Positions 26,371 to 40,648 of a stretch of 64,000 bases of DNA are shown here, in pieces. Location: NCBI RefSeq assembly GCF_006345805.1, contig NC_043006.1:50034001-50098000 (forward strand). Reading direction: 5' to 3'. The notes beneath the pieces were generated by a model, which was not told the origin of the DNA, searched no databases, and saw only the letters and a program-made list of their open reading frames with translations. This DNA is from Octopus sinensis (Eukaryota). Within the stretch, counting starts at the first letter, position 1. Every line of letters starts with the position of its first letter. The translations under genes and the position numbers were made by a program.

Positions 26371-28744
26371 TATAACCAAAGGACAGGCAATATGAACAAT
26401 GCCTGCATGAAACCATAGGTGTTAAGTTCAAATCTGGACTGCTACAAATTTGTACTGCATCACAATATATTATTTGAATTTTATCTATTTATCTAGCATT
26501 GTATGGGCATAAAATTTATCATGACAGGCTTTTATAAAGTTAGGTTCATATTTTTATTTTTGTTTTGCATTTTAACCTTTCATCATGTAAAAAGTAGAAA
26601 ATGGGATAACAAACGTCTGCTTTTCACAAGAAATGATGGCTCACAAAAGGCCCTATATATTCAGTGTAGTGTTGTTTCTAACTCAAATCTGAAGCTATCA
26701 TTTTCATCATCATCATCGTTTAACGTCCGTTTTCCATGCTAGAATGGGTTGGACGGTTCCTGGATGTCCTTCCTAATGCCAACCACTCCATGAGTGTAGT
26801 GGGTGTTTTTTACGTGCCACCGGAGGCTAGCAGCGGCCACGATCAGTTGGTGCTTTTTACGTGCCACTAGCACGGAAGTCAGTCGGTGTTGTTGGCATCA
26901 GCCACGTTGGATGGTGCTTTTTACATGTATCACAACTACAATTTCCATTTGATTTTTATTTTGATGTTGTTGTACTTGACTCAATAGGTCTCCTTAAGCA
27001 CAGGTTGCCCTACAATCCAAGGTAAGCACTGCAGGCCGTTCTGTGATCCAAGGTACTTTTGAAGGGCTGGAGCTGCTATGTGAAACAGCCATGAACTCAC
27101 GTTACTTTTGGGGTTTTCGCAGTTACAACATATCTTCACCTCAAAAGCTCTTCAAAAACAAGCACAGCCAAGCTAATGCTGAAAATCATGTTGCTGAATC
27201 ACTGAAAAAAGTACTAGTTTTAATTCTAAAGGAACTTTTCTGAAGTTGGGTGGCCTTTCTGTTGAAAAACCATTAATCTTTGCTTCATACCATGTGGCAT
27301 ATAAAGTGGGCAAATCAACGAAGTACTATAGTTGCAGATCTTGTCAAAGTCATGTGCACTGGAAATGAAACAATTTTGAGAAAAGAACCAAGAATAAAAT
27401 TTAACAAGTGTCCCAAACAACTGAATCAGTGATGTGAATATTTTGAACCAAATCCTCTCAGACAGCAGAGCTAGTCATTTGAAAATCTCTATTCAACTGG
27501 ACCAGTTGACTGATCAAGATCCAGCAAGCTGAAACACTGACACAAATCTAACTTGTTACCAACAAAGGGTGAGTGAAGCTAAACCACCCTTTTGCACCAA
27601 ATCATGGTAGGTTCTGTAGATTCGGGTGCTTGGAGTGGAATTGAGACCCAATGACAAGGTGTTGCTACAGACGTAGTAATGTAGAAGAGGCAATTTTACA
27701 ACAATGAGAAAATGTGGTGGGTTGTGTGTGAATATTCCCCAAGTGAGCAGTACATACCAAGCCCAGACCTTGCTGTGACCCATATTCTAGGAAAACTCTT
27801 ACTTGTTTCAGTCATTTGACTGGAACACTGCCTTTAGTCGAGCAAATCGACCCCAGGACTTATTCTATCAGTCTCTTTTGCCAAACTGCTAAGTGACAGG
27901 GACATAAACATTCCAGCATCAATTGTCAAGCAATGCTAGGGGGACAAATATATATATATATATACATATATACGACGGGCTCCTTTCAGTTTCCATCTAC
28001 CAAATCCACTCAAGGCTTTGGTTGGCCCGAGGCTATAGAAGAAGACACTTGCCCAAGGTGCCATGCAGTGAGACTGAATCCAGAACCATGTGGTTGGTAA
28101 GTAAGGTACTTACCACACAGCCACTGAAACTTTTTTTTTTGTTAATCAGTGTTGAAATACAAAATCTTTTCAACCATTGCTGTTGCTCCATCAGAGTGCA
28201 CAAAACCCATGGTTTTAATATGTTTGACAAGTCTTTCATAAATTACATCACATCTTTAAGGTAACTTTATGGTGAGGAGTACATCAATGACAATGCCTGT
28301 GAGGGAAAAGTTCTTGCTTTGTGAAAATCTGAAAACAAGCACAATTGCAAAAGATGTTCAGAAGACCCAGTAGAATTGTGTGCTACTTCTAGCAGAACGG
28401 GTAAGCACACTGAGGATTCCTTATTAGCAGTTACTGTTATTCAGCTCTAGTAAACCACATCTATGACCCAAGGCACTTCACTCATAACCCTCCATCTTTT
28501 ATTTTTCCAGTGTTATTTAAAATATTTCTTTTTTGCCCTCTCTCTAAATTTCTAGAGTAAAATTTGTACTAACAAGTGTCCTTACGAGTAAAAATGTTCG
28601 TGCATTTGCGTTTAAGTCAACCAGTCAGGTCCAAATGATTATTCGTTAAATTTTTTTCCAGTCTGATCACAACTGTCCAACGGACAGGAACGTGAAACAA
28701 AATTTTTTGTGATATTTTTGCAGCTTTAATAAAGTGTGTGTGTA

Positions 28745-29000
28745 TATCACCATGACCGACCAGGCTATCAGATGTTGCTATACATCGCGCTTCGCATTGT
28801 TTTAGCCTTCAAATGACGCCACCCCGCTGGCTAAGTGAGCAGGCCAGCAGAAGAAAGAAAGTTGTGGTGAAAGAGTACAGCAGGGACTGCCACCACCCCC
28901 TGCCGGAGACTAATGGAGCTTTAGGTGTTTTCGCTCAAACACTCACAACGCCCGGTCTGGGAATCGAAACCGCAATCCTACAATCGCGAGTCCGCCTCCA
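28745..29000 (-). mobile_element. tRNA-headed SINE (body X, tail Q)
   Basis: Head and body match 13057 up to ctctttcaccacaactttct, then a different tail ending gatagcctggtcggtcatggtgat. Confidence 0.75.
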
Positions 29001-30939
29001 CACACACACACATAACACGAATCTGTTTCAAGTTATGTATGTTTAACCAGCTGATCTAGCCAACCGGCCATTAAAGACGATTCCATTTTTACTTTTCATG
29101 TTTTGAGTATCTCTTATACAGGTTACAAGACAGATCTTGGCTTTAAAAGGATATAGTCATGCTTGGAACGCTTTCAAAAGATTACGAAGTTGTCACAGTT
29201 CAAATGTTTCTAAAAGGACCGTGCTCACGTTTTGAGAGACAGTTTTCGTGCCCCCGCACATGAACAAATGTATCAGACGCTTTCGAAAAACTAATGTAAC
29301 AAGTATGGCGCTCATTTCTATTATTGGAGAACACGAACGCACATGTGCAAAAACCTATGAGCTAAGAGACAAAAATGAGTGATCTTAAGCGGCAACAGTT
29401 GATTAAAACGAAGAATTTCGAACTAATCAAGCCCATTTCAGTTGTCTCCCTTGCTTTTCCAATGACTAAGATAAATGCGAAGTTACCTCCCTTCAACCAC
29501 TAGCTCTATTCAATTAGTCTTTATTCCACACCTTAAGTACAGGAAATTGATATCCTCTTTCCCCTTATTTCTACCATTGTACATCTACCTGCTCCCTTTT
29601 TTATTTGTATTATTTTGGTCACCAATTAATGATGGGCTCATTACTTACATACATAATTGATCCCTCTTATTGAGTTACATCTCGGACAGCTCACCCTCAC
29701 AATCAACCACCTCCAGGAACTCACGCAACACTAGCACCCTCTCCTATTCGTGTTACCATACTCTATTTACTTTCTTAGGTGTGTTACTTTGAGGTACGCT
29801 CAAGCTGCACGTTAGACATCTTTAGTAAGTCGCAGCACTAAATTTCCTTAAGCACGTCCTTTAGCAATGGAATTTCTAGTTTTACATAATATAGCTCTAG
29901 TACTAGGTTGGGCTGTGTAGCCGTTATATCTAATGTCTCAACCCTTCCCCCTACTACACGATACAAATTCCGGCGGAATTCTGTAGTATAAAGCTTCATA
30001 AAATCTTGCTCAAGCTTTTCATTTTCACCCATTTCACTAACTTCAGTACTTATTTCTTTTCACAAATAAGCTTGAATCATCAACATAACCTACATGTGAA
30101 AACATTCCTGCAAAATCATTTAAAAAAAATACTAAGGGGGCACCAATCAAAAGTTATACCCATTGTACATACACGTGTATATCATATTGACCTGCTTATA
30201 TTATACACACACACACACACGTTTACGGCGAATCGAGCCTATTGCTTTGGTCTGCACAGCACAGGAAAATAAAAAAAACACTTCAGCACTTAGCTCAAGT
30301 ATTTGTAACGTCTTAATGCAAATATTTTACACAATTTCTTATACAATAAGGGTGGAGTTAATGAATATACCACCCGTTTTCGGCATAAAAAGCCTGAACA
30401 CCGAGTATGCGTATTCTTTACCGTCACCGTAATCCAGAGTGATCTGTGGTTGCAAAACATAAGCGTCGCATGTTGTCTAGCTCCAGCTAAAATTGTGATC
30501 AAAACCATTTTACTCATGACCAGACTTCCGAAATACCATAACAGAAATCGGGATCGAATTCCTGTCCAACCACCTCCTCAGACCTTAGGAGTAGCAACCA
30601 CGACTACTTTCGTAACGTTTATAGCACACACATATTGAAACACTTATAACCCACAATTTTAAAGAAAAAAAATCTATAAGCATCGTACTTTGCAGGATTA
30701 ACATTCCGAAAACCCGGAAAAATTCCCTACCTTAATACAAGTCCAATCGACATATTCAACATCCACTCTTCCATGGACCAAGCAATGAGTATATTTATTA
30801 GTTTCAATTTGCATATGCAGGATATTACAAAAACAAAAAAGGGACAGAAAGGAACGATTCCGTTTCCCAGTCACTACGCACCCTGAAGCACATTATCCCT
30901 AATCTCAATCATGAAATATCTCCACAAGAATGATACAGA

Positions 30940-33270
30940 CGGAAACTGAAAAGCCCATCATACACAGTACCTGCCCATGTTACCATTAGAATGAATTAAC
31001 ATGCGCCGCTGAAGTAATTATAGCTCACTAAAGTCTTCCAAAACTGTTTCTAACAAGGAATTCACTCGACACGAAATTCTTCATATATCGATAAGACGGG
31101 GAAAGACATAATCAGTGTGAATTATAAGTAGACTTACAAGACTGATACACACAAAACGAAATGAGGTGCACAGGAAAAAATCACAAATCTAAACTATAAA
31201 AGCTGACAGAACTATCGCAGGCGACAATCATAAAAACATGGTTAGCTCGTCTTCCAAAATTGTCTCAGACAAAAAAATTGGCTTGTAAAGACAAGGTATG
31301 TCTTCATATATCGATAAGACGGGGAAAGAATTTGATAATCATCACTGCCAATTTTGGATAGACAAAATCCATGAAGAGAAAGGAAACACTAAGATACATA
31401 CGTTTGTATACAGTACGAAACTAATATCAAATTACAAGTACTACCTACTTCCAGGGGGGGACTAAAAATAAAAGGACCAAAGGAATTGCCATAACGCATT
31501 GATGATACCTAAACTCGAATAAACCTTCTAAAACACGCACACAAAGGGAATGAATCGAAAGACGGTTGTCCCCATATAGATGAGAAAGTAAAACCGACTA
31601 TTTTCTATATAAAAAAAATGAGAAAATTGAGTACCCGGAGATCTCACAGACTTGTCCAGTAGACGTCTGAAAATGCAATGGATCAAAGGAAAAGCTACAC
31701 AGAAAATACACATCCTCATAAACAGAACATCGGGGGAATTCACACGTATATGTAGGGAGGGGGAAGCTGCACAGTATCTGCTTAAGCTATCAATGGATTT
31801 ACAAGTATTAAAATATATTGAAGTCATCCTCTGATCAAAATCCTACACAAGTTATGAAGAGAAACGATGGAAAGAATGTTGTAACAAGCTGACCTGTAAA
31901 ACCAAAGAGGATACGCTCAATCAAGTCTTCCAAAATTGTCTCAGACAAAAAAATTGGCTTGTAAAGACAAGGTATGTCTTCATATATCGATAAGACGGGG
32001 AAAGAATTTTGTAGTCATCACTGCCAATTTTGGATAGACAAAATCCATGAAAGAGAAAGTAAATGGTTCTGGGGTCAGTCCCACAGCGTGGCACCCTGGG
32101 TAAGTGTCTTCTACTAAAGCCTTGAGTGGATTTGTCAGACAGTTAACTGAAAGCCCATCGAATGTGTATATATATGTGTGCGTGTATATCTGAGTCCGTG
32201 CCCCCACATCGCTCGACAACCGATGCTGGTGTTTACGTCCCCGGAACTCGGCAAAAGAGATCGATAGAATAAGTACTAGGCTTACAAAGAACAAGTTCCG
32301 GGAGTCGATTTGCCCGACTAAAGGCGGTGCTCCAGCACGGCCATAGTCAAATGACTGAAACAAGAGGTACACGTACCTTTTCCCAGGTAAGACTAAAAAA
32401 AAAAAGGACCAAAGAAATCGCCTTAACGTAAGGATGATGATACCTAAAATTTACCTCGAATAAGCCTTCTAAAACTATCGCCGACAAAGAAATGAATTGA
32501 AAGACGGTTGTCTTCATATATCGATGAGACGTGAAATAAAAACGACTGTTTTCTGTAAAAAAAAACTATTAAGAAACGAGACAATCGAGTACACTTCTGT
32601 ACAATGCTAGAGAATCAAAGGAAAAGCCACATCCTCGAACAGAATATCGGGGGAAATGCACGTGTTGTAAGAGGGGCACGGATTTACAAGTATTAAAATA
32701 TATTGAAGTCATCGCCTGATCAAGATCCCACGGAAAGTTGTAACAAACTGACCTGTAAAACCAAAGAGGATACGCTTAATTAGTCTTCCAAAATTGTCTC
32801 AGACAAAAAAATTGGCTTGTAAAGACAAGGTATGTCTTCATATATCGATAAGACGGGGAAAGAATTTTGTAGTCATCACCGTCAATTTTGGATAGACAAA
32901 ATCCATGAAAAAAAGAATAGAAACACTAAGATAGTACAAAACTAATATTAATTACAGAAAGTTCCTTTTCCTATTGGGTGGGGGACCAAAACAAAAGGAC
33001 CTCAAGAGATTGCTAAGTCATTGTCTGATCAAAATCCTACACAAGTTTTAAAAAGAACCGATGGGAAAGTATAACAAGCTGAACGTGAATGACTTTAAAT
33101 ATATTCAAGATCGAATCTACACTGTAAAACCAAACATAAGCTCAAAGTCTTCCAAAATTGTCTCAGACAAAAAAATTGGCTTGAAAAGACATGTAATGTC
33201 TTCATATATCGATAAGACGGGGAAAGAATTTTGTAGTCATCACCGTCAATTTTGGTCGGACTTTATGAGC
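30940..33270. repeat. Irregular large-unit tandem duplication array, with a 5'-truncated family 1 SINE at ~32063-32366
   Basis: The core gtcttccaaaattgtctcagacaaaaaaattggcttg...cttcatatatcgataagacggggaaaga occurs at 31249, 31925, 32783 and 33147, with a degenerate copy at 31033. Confidence 0.85.
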
Positions 33271-34590
33271 TAAATTATGGGACATATCTATATAAGAAAA
33301 TCGACAAATAAAAACATCCTTAAGAGATATAAAACTGCAATAGCGAAGTCAAGAAAACAGAAATGCTACGGGATCGACTTAACTAGGAAGAGAAATAAAA
33401 CTATGGTATAAATATACATACAAACCATCACTCTTCATTCACTGAAAAGAAAAAGTTATAATTAAAATGTAAGTGAAGACCAGCACGTGGTGACAGCCAA
33501 GAGAAAAAGAAATTATCGAAGCAAACACATGTACAACAGTAGTAGTGTAAGAGACTGAGACGATGAAATTTGTGCTTATATAGTTGTCTTATGACGTGTC
33601 ACAAACCGACCAATTACAATGACTTTAACAAACATCACGAAGCAATATCCTATCAGCTAATCAAAATACCCGTAATATTTCGTGCAAAGGCGATACTGTC
33701 AACGGAATTGACAGTCTCCCAAATTGCTAAAGATAGCAGCCAAACTTTGTCTATATTCTGCGATTTCAAAGCAACCACCGTAGTCAGCAATTTCTTCATG
33801 TAAAGAACACTTTTCCAGTTATATAAGAATAAGAAACAATTGAAGAAATATTCCTCGGCCATTCTTTACAATAAATATAGTATAGAACATTTTTACATTT
33901 TATCAGATTTTTAAAAAGCAAAAGAATTTTTCTTCGCACCCTCTTCGTAGAGAACTGCTGTCGTACAGATTAAAAGATACATTGAATAGTGATGTTTGGT
34001 TTATGTCGAAATGTTGCCGTGGACCATGAAAATTAAAAGCCCATGTTTCGTTTTTAATACCGTAATAGTCATGTAAAGACGAAACATCGCCCAATGAAAA
34101 CTTTAAAATTTTGAGTGCACCTGAGCACTGTATACAATAATTTCATTATAATTATTATTATAGAACATACAACCGCGCGCGCGCACACACACACTTATAT
34201 ATATCACCTGTAGAGACCATCGGATGTTGTTATATACCACTGTACGCATTGCCATTTTCTGATCTCTTTGATGTCACTCAGCAATTAAACGGGTCCGGCC
34301 CACCATAACTTGTGTTGTTATTCTGCGGTCATGTCGTTGATACTGCTACATTCTCCAATTGTATGGCTATGCTGAAAAGTTCCTGTCTTTGGGTAAAAGA
34401 GAATACTGGAAGATCAGTTAATTATGATTCTATTCAACGTACTTCCCTCCCAAGTTCACACACTTATTACAGCGGTCATTCAGTTTTTCTAAGCCCTTTA
34501 AAAGAATTCGGAAGTTTGGACCTCCAACCAGGCCTTTCGCAACACCCTTAAAGCCAGGAACTTTTCAGCACCCCCTAATTTCTCTCTCTC

Positions 34591-34625
<35 letters not shown>

Positions 34626-34709
34626 TATATAGAGGGCATTACTATACATAAATGCCCCAAGAGTCCCTCCTAGCGTGTGGCATTTATGTGTAGTAATGCC
34701 CTCTATATA
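34626..34709. repeat. Inverted repeat: 31-bp arms (1 mismatch), 22-nt loop
   Basis: tatatagagggcattactatacataaatgcc / ggcatttatgtgtagtaatgccctctatata. Confidence 0.9.
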
Positions 34710-35085
34710 TAATATAAATAACTATATTTAAGAGAAAATTTTATGGTTTTTTCCTCTTGTGAGGCTTTTCACGCTAACTACTTGATAAGTTCTTATAAAG
34801 ATTTTATCCTATTTTTAAATTATATATATAGATAGATTATAACCAATGTATAATATCTATGCAATATACTGCTTGTAGAAAACCCAATTATTAATACACA
34901 AGTGTTTTTACATTATATATTTTAATAATTACTGGTATTTTTATATATTGTATACGTAAAGCATATTATGCTATATATGTATATATATTGTTAAAATGCT
35001 ATTTTTAAAAAGATAAATAAATGGACATAATATCATGTCTAAAAGTTGATGAAACCACCTCTTGATCTCCTCCATTTTCTTATTG

Positions 35086-35122
<37 letters not shown>

Positions 35123-37399
35123 CACTCACTTATAATATCATCATGACTTAATATCCGCTTCCTTGCTGGCATGGTATGCACAGACACACATTTTGTGTGT
35201 ACAGTTCAATGCATGACTACTATTAGTATACAGCTCCACATCTGTTGTCCATGTTGGCATAGGTTGGACAGTTTGACCAGCGCTGGCTAGCTGGAAGGCT
35301 GTACCATACTCTAGTCTGATTTGGCATGGTTTCTACAGTTGGATGCCTTTCGTAATGCCAACCACTCCAAGAGTATAATGGGTGCTTTTACATGCCTTTG
35401 GCATGAGTGCCATTTACGTGATGCCAGTATCTGCCATGACTACAATTTCACTTAGCTTGATGGGTCTTTCTCAAGCACAGCATAATGCCAAAGGTCTTGG
35501 TAATTTGTCATTGCCTCTGTGTACTCAGCTATACTTCTGGTAATGATATACAGAGCATATATGGAATAAGCACTGTTTATATCATTTGTTCTCAATGTAT
35601 GCTTCATCATCATGATTAATTTGCATTCTCTGTATTATTGAATGTTCCAAGTACAATTAAACGCTGAACCACAACAGTTCACCAGGGGGACACTTTATTG
35701 CTTCAAATGAGGTGGCAAGCAGGCTGAATTGTTAGCACACTGGGCAAAATGCTTTGCAGTATTTCATCCATTCTTACATTCTTTCAAACTCAGCCAAGGT
35801 CAACTTTGCCTTTCATCTTTTCAAGGTTAATAAAATAAGTATCAGTTGAACACTGAGATCAATGTTATTGATTTATCCTCCTTTCTGAAATTGAAACAAA
35901 TATTTATTGCCTCAAAGGCTGCCAGTAAGCTGGCAAAATCATTAACACACCAGTCAAAATATTTTGCAGCATTTCATCTGAGTTCAAATTCCACTAAATT
36001 TGACTTTGCCTTTCATCCTTTTGGGGTCAGTAAAATAAGTACCAGTCATGAACTAGGGTTGATGTAATCAACTTACGCTCTCTCCCTTGAAATTACTGGC
36101 TTTGTGCCAAAATTTAAAACCAATATTTACTGCTTCAAAAACATTTGATGTGTGTAACATTTTTCTTTGAATCTTTAAATCCTATGAAGTCATTTCCACT
36201 ATCTCCATCTAGAGTGGATTTAAGCATTTAAGCGGATATTTCTACAGACTTCAGGCATTGGCAATACAGTACCCCATATTTTTTTACATTAAATTCTTTG
36301 AGAAACTCAGATACTAGCCTGACAAAATTAACTGCTTGCAGCAGATGTCTCATAAAATAGGAGCAATATTTAGACATAGTATGCCATTATCTTGGAGTTG
36401 GGTTAATGATATGTTATAAGATTGTAGGTAAATGCCAAAAGCATTGCTTTTACCAAGAATTCTGCTTTAGGATGTGGGGGACTAAAATAACCATTATCCT
36501 ACAGTTGTGATTCAGGGCAAGAATCACTGCGAGCTTTTGCTTCGAGAACAAAATGATTTTCAAATCAATCCAACATAATGTCATTTGGTATCCAACACCT
36601 TTTCATTAGCACAATAGATCACAGGTAACTATGTCATACCTTTAAAAGTCCTTTTTACCAATGGTCAGTAACTTGTAACTCTGTGTTTCTGTGATATTAG
36701 AGCAACCCAACACAATGATACAGTCTTGATGCTTTACAGCTTGCTTGTGATTCTCCATCTGCAGTTGCCAGAGTTCTTCTAGGCATACGTTTCCAAAACA
36801 ATGCTATCTCAGTTTACCTTGTTCCTAATCGCAGCTTGGCACTGATTCTGCTATATTTATCCCAACCAGGTGACAGATTAGTGCAACTCAATCAAAGTGC
36901 AACTGAGTCAAAGGCAGAACTGAGCTGGCAGAAACGTTAGCACGCCAGGCAAAATGTTTAGCGGTAATTCATCTACTGCTACGTTCTGAGTTCAAATTCT
37001 GCCAAGGTCGACTTTGCCTTTCATCCTTTCGAAGTCGATTAAATAAGTACCAGTTACACACTGGCGCCGATATAATCGATTTAATCCGTTTGTCTGTCCT
37101 TGTTTGTCCCCTCTGTGTGTAGCCCCTTGTGGGCAGTAAAGAAATAAGATTAGTGCAACTCAGTCACTGTTGACTGTTTTTAGTTAAAGCTACAGCTTTG
37201 AATCAGCCCAGGGTTACCTCTCTTCAGTATTTTCCATTGAGGAGGGTTAAAGAGCAGGAAATGGGAATCAAATAGTGGGGAAGCACTGGGCAGATATAGT
37301 CTTTTTGCACCTTTTATCATAAGAGAGAATTTGTTCTTCCAATGTAACTGCAGTGAATTTGTTGTTAGAAGTTGAAATATGCCATGAATATATTTTAAC

Positions 37400-37950
37400 T
37401 AACCTAAAGTTCATATATACATAAATATACCTAATTAGCAGTGGAGCAAAATGTGCTGCAAGAATAGCTGTGAGCTGGCGAGCTGGCAGAAACGTTAGCA
37501 CGCTGGGCGAAATGTTTAGCAGCATTTCGTCTGCTGTTACATTCTGAGTTCAAATTCCGCCAAGGTCAACGTTGCCTTTCATCCTTTCAGGGTTGATTAA
37601 ATAAGTACCAGTTATGCACTGGGGTCAATAAGAACGACTTAATCCGTTTGTCTGTCCCCTCTGTGTTTAGCCCCTTGTGGGCAATAAAGAAATAAGAATA
37701 GCTGCCCGAATAGGAACTGGCTGGAGAAGGTTCTGAGAATTGTTACTTCTGTTGCTAATGAAAGGCCTATCTCTCAAAGCTAAAGGCATATTGTATGATG
37801 TTTATATACAAACAGCCATGTTTCATGATTGTCAAACTTGGGTCATGAATGTAGAGGACATGCAAAGGCTTAAAAGAAATAAAGGTAGCATCTTCAGCTG
37901 GATGTGCATTGTCAGTGTTCATAAACAACAAAGTACAATTTTGAGGTCCG
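37400..37950 (+). mobile_element. RTE-X-like LINE relic, interrupted by a family 3 SINE (TSD aagaatagctg at 37460-37470 / 37694-37704)
   Basis: RIGTGWRRF*ELL...KGLSLKAKGILYD...TWVMNVEDMQRLKRN...WMC resembles the RTE thumb region. Confidence 0.65.
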
Positions 37951-39445
37951 TCTTCTCTACTTCATCTCATGACCTCCAAGTTCACACTTTTCCACAGGCT
38001 CCATCCATACTTAGCAATTGGCACTTTGTTATATAGGTGCTCTCAGCCATATGCATCAGATGACTCTATCATGTGTGTGTGTGTGTCTTTGTGTCTGACA
38101 ATCACTTGATGACCAGTGTTGATGTGTTTACATCAAGTGTGTTGAGAGAAAAAACTGGCATAGGCACAAGATTGGCTGTGCAGTAAGAAACTTGCTTCCC
38201 AACCACATGGTTTTGGGTTCAGTTCTACTGCATGGCACCTTTGCAACAGTCTTCTACTATAACCTAAGGCCAACCAAAGCCTTTTGAGTGGATTTGGTAG
38301 ACAGAAACTGAAAGAAGCCCGTCATATGTGAGTGAGTGTGTGTGTGTAAGTGTGTGTCTTTGTGTGTGTCTCTGTGTCTGACAATCACTTGATGACCAGT
38401 GTTGATGTGTTTACATTCCTGTAACTTAGCAGTTAAACAAAAGAGACTGATAGAAAAAATATCAGGCTTCAAAAAAAATGTACTGGGGATGATTCATTAA
38501 ACCTAAAAATTCATGAACATGGTGCCCCAGCATGGCTACGAGGAATCAGATGTAGTGAGCAAAAGATAAGACTGAACTGATAGAGTCATTTGATGCAGAT
38601 GGATGAGGGCACCTATATAAAGTGCCAATTGCAAAGTGTAGATGGAACTTATGGCATAGGAGTGGCTGTGTGGTAAGTAGCTTGCTTACCAACCACATGG
38701 TTCCTGGTTCAGTCCCACTGCGTGACACTTTGGGCAAGTGTCTCCTACTATAGCCTCGGGCTGACCAAAGCCTTGTGAGTGGATTTGGTAGACAGAAACT
38801 GAAAGAAGTCTGTCGTATATATATGCATGTGTGTGTATATGTTTGTGTGTCTGTATTTGTCCCCCCAACATCGCTTGACAACCGATGCTGGTGTGTTTGC
38901 GTTCGGCAAGAGAGACCGATAGAATAAGTACTGGGCTTACAAAGAATAATAAGCCTGGGTATCGATTTAATCGACTTAAGGTGGTGCTCCAGCATGGCCA
39001 CAGTCACATGACTGAAACAAGTAAAAGAGTAAGAGGGTGAACAAGGAGGACATGAGATGAAGTTGTGAAGACGAATCCCAAAATATTGAGCCTCATGGAA
39101 AGGATGACAAAGAATAAGATAAACGATGATATGCTGTGCCTGAAGACCCATCCATCTAAGCCTTCCCTTACTCGCTCATGTGCTGGAAATTAAAGCTTTT
39201 ATCATACACTTTACATTATACCCCTACTACTGCCCTTATCTCATCCTCCTCCCTGCCCCACTCCTATTTCCTTCACTTCTATTCCCCCAAACTGATATTC
39301 ATAGGATTCACCTCAGTTTCCATCTCTATCACACACCTTTTACACTCTAGAACACCCACCTGTTCTGTTCCTACCTACCCACTTGTTCTGTTCCTTTGTC
39401 TCTATTCTCTCTCTCATATTAACATTGAACTTCTTGGATACACCC

Positions 39446-39476
<31 letters not shown>

Positions 39477-39787
39477 TCTCAGATGGAAAACCCAAATATT
39501 TACCTCTTCAGCAAGACACCTGTCCCTATTCCTCTATCACATCTTACTATACTATACTTCACTTAGTTGAGGGGGTCTTGCAAGTACTTGGGGACCTCAC
39601 TAGCACTGGTGCCACAAAAAAAGTACCTTTTGCACTCTGTAAAGAGGTTGGAATTGGGAAGGGCATCTAGCTGCAAAAATCATGCCACAGTAGACATTTT
39701 CCCAATAAAATCAGCATGGAAGAAGAGCTAGTGAATGATGCTAATAATGTATAATATTATATGTGTGTGTATATGTGTGTGTATATA

Positions 39788-40600
39788 TTGGGTCATCCCA
39801 TAAATAATACGTTTTTTTTTATACTTCTTTTATTTTTAAAAATTAAGATAAACAAAGTTCCTTTTAATCTAAAATATACTCCTTCATTTTCTTCAATGCT
39901 CTTCCATCTATTTGGTAGACTTCCAAGGCCCCTCTTCCAAAATTCACTTGTCTGTGATGAAAAATACTCGTCCTGTACTGTTCTGACCTTGTCTAGAGAA
40001 TTCATATTTTTTACCATCCAAATGATTTTGAAGACTGCGGAATAAATGATAATCAAATTAGGCAATGTCCGACAAATATTGTGAGTGGGGCATTGTTTCC
40101 CATTCAAACTGCTCCAGCCCTTGGAATGTCATCCTCACTGTATGTGGCCAAGCATTATCCTGATGGTAGAATACCTATTGTCTTGGAACAAAAGATGGTC
40201 TTTTTTTTTTTTAGCACAGGTATCGATGAATGGTTGGATGACCAAATCCAAGCTTCTCTGCTAGTCGCTCAACAATTATGATGGGATTTTGTTCCACCAG
40301 GGTTTGAAGGATGTCCTCTTCGAGCTCTACAGATCTTCCAGGATGTGATAGAGGAATCGGGACAGGTGTCTTGCTGAAGAAAAGGCTCATCTTTTTGACT
40401 GTAGTTTCCAGCTTGAAATTTCTGGAACCACCATCAACACTGGTTTACGCTTATTGTCCGATCCCCATATACTGCATTGTTGCCTTTATTGAACTCATAA
40501 AGCAAAATATACTGAATATGCTCCTTTATCACTTCCATGATAGATTTGAAAAAGTAACAGTTAAAATCGAACTGCACTCTTCAAAACTTGTACTAAGAAT
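39788..40600 (-). mobile_element. Internally deleted mariner element
   Basis: TA-TTGGGTCATCCCATAAATAA terminus at 39786-39807. Minus-strand translation gives MEVIKEHIQYILLYEFNKG, WWFQKFQAGNYS..DEP/PGRSVEL, HQDNAWPH and FWKRGLGSLPNRWKSIEENEG. The second TIR was not found. Confidence 0.8.
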
Positions 40601-40616
40601 AAGTACAAGGTAAAAT

Positions 40617-40648
<32 letters not shown>

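Noticed and set aside
27119-27210. Possible internal exon (ttttcgcag|...aaaaaa|gtacta)
   Set aside because: Weak donor, no homology recognised, and no partner exons identified.
31270-31296. Repeated 27-nt micro-exon (cag|...aag|gtatgt) within the tandem array
   Set aside because: Weak polypyrimidine tract and no recognisable peptide; the minus-strand acceptor-like site in the same unit leads to stops in all frames.
33653-34094. Short minus-strand ORFs with N-glycosylation-like motifs
   Set aside because: No recognisable domain or consistent splice signals; frames are interrupted.
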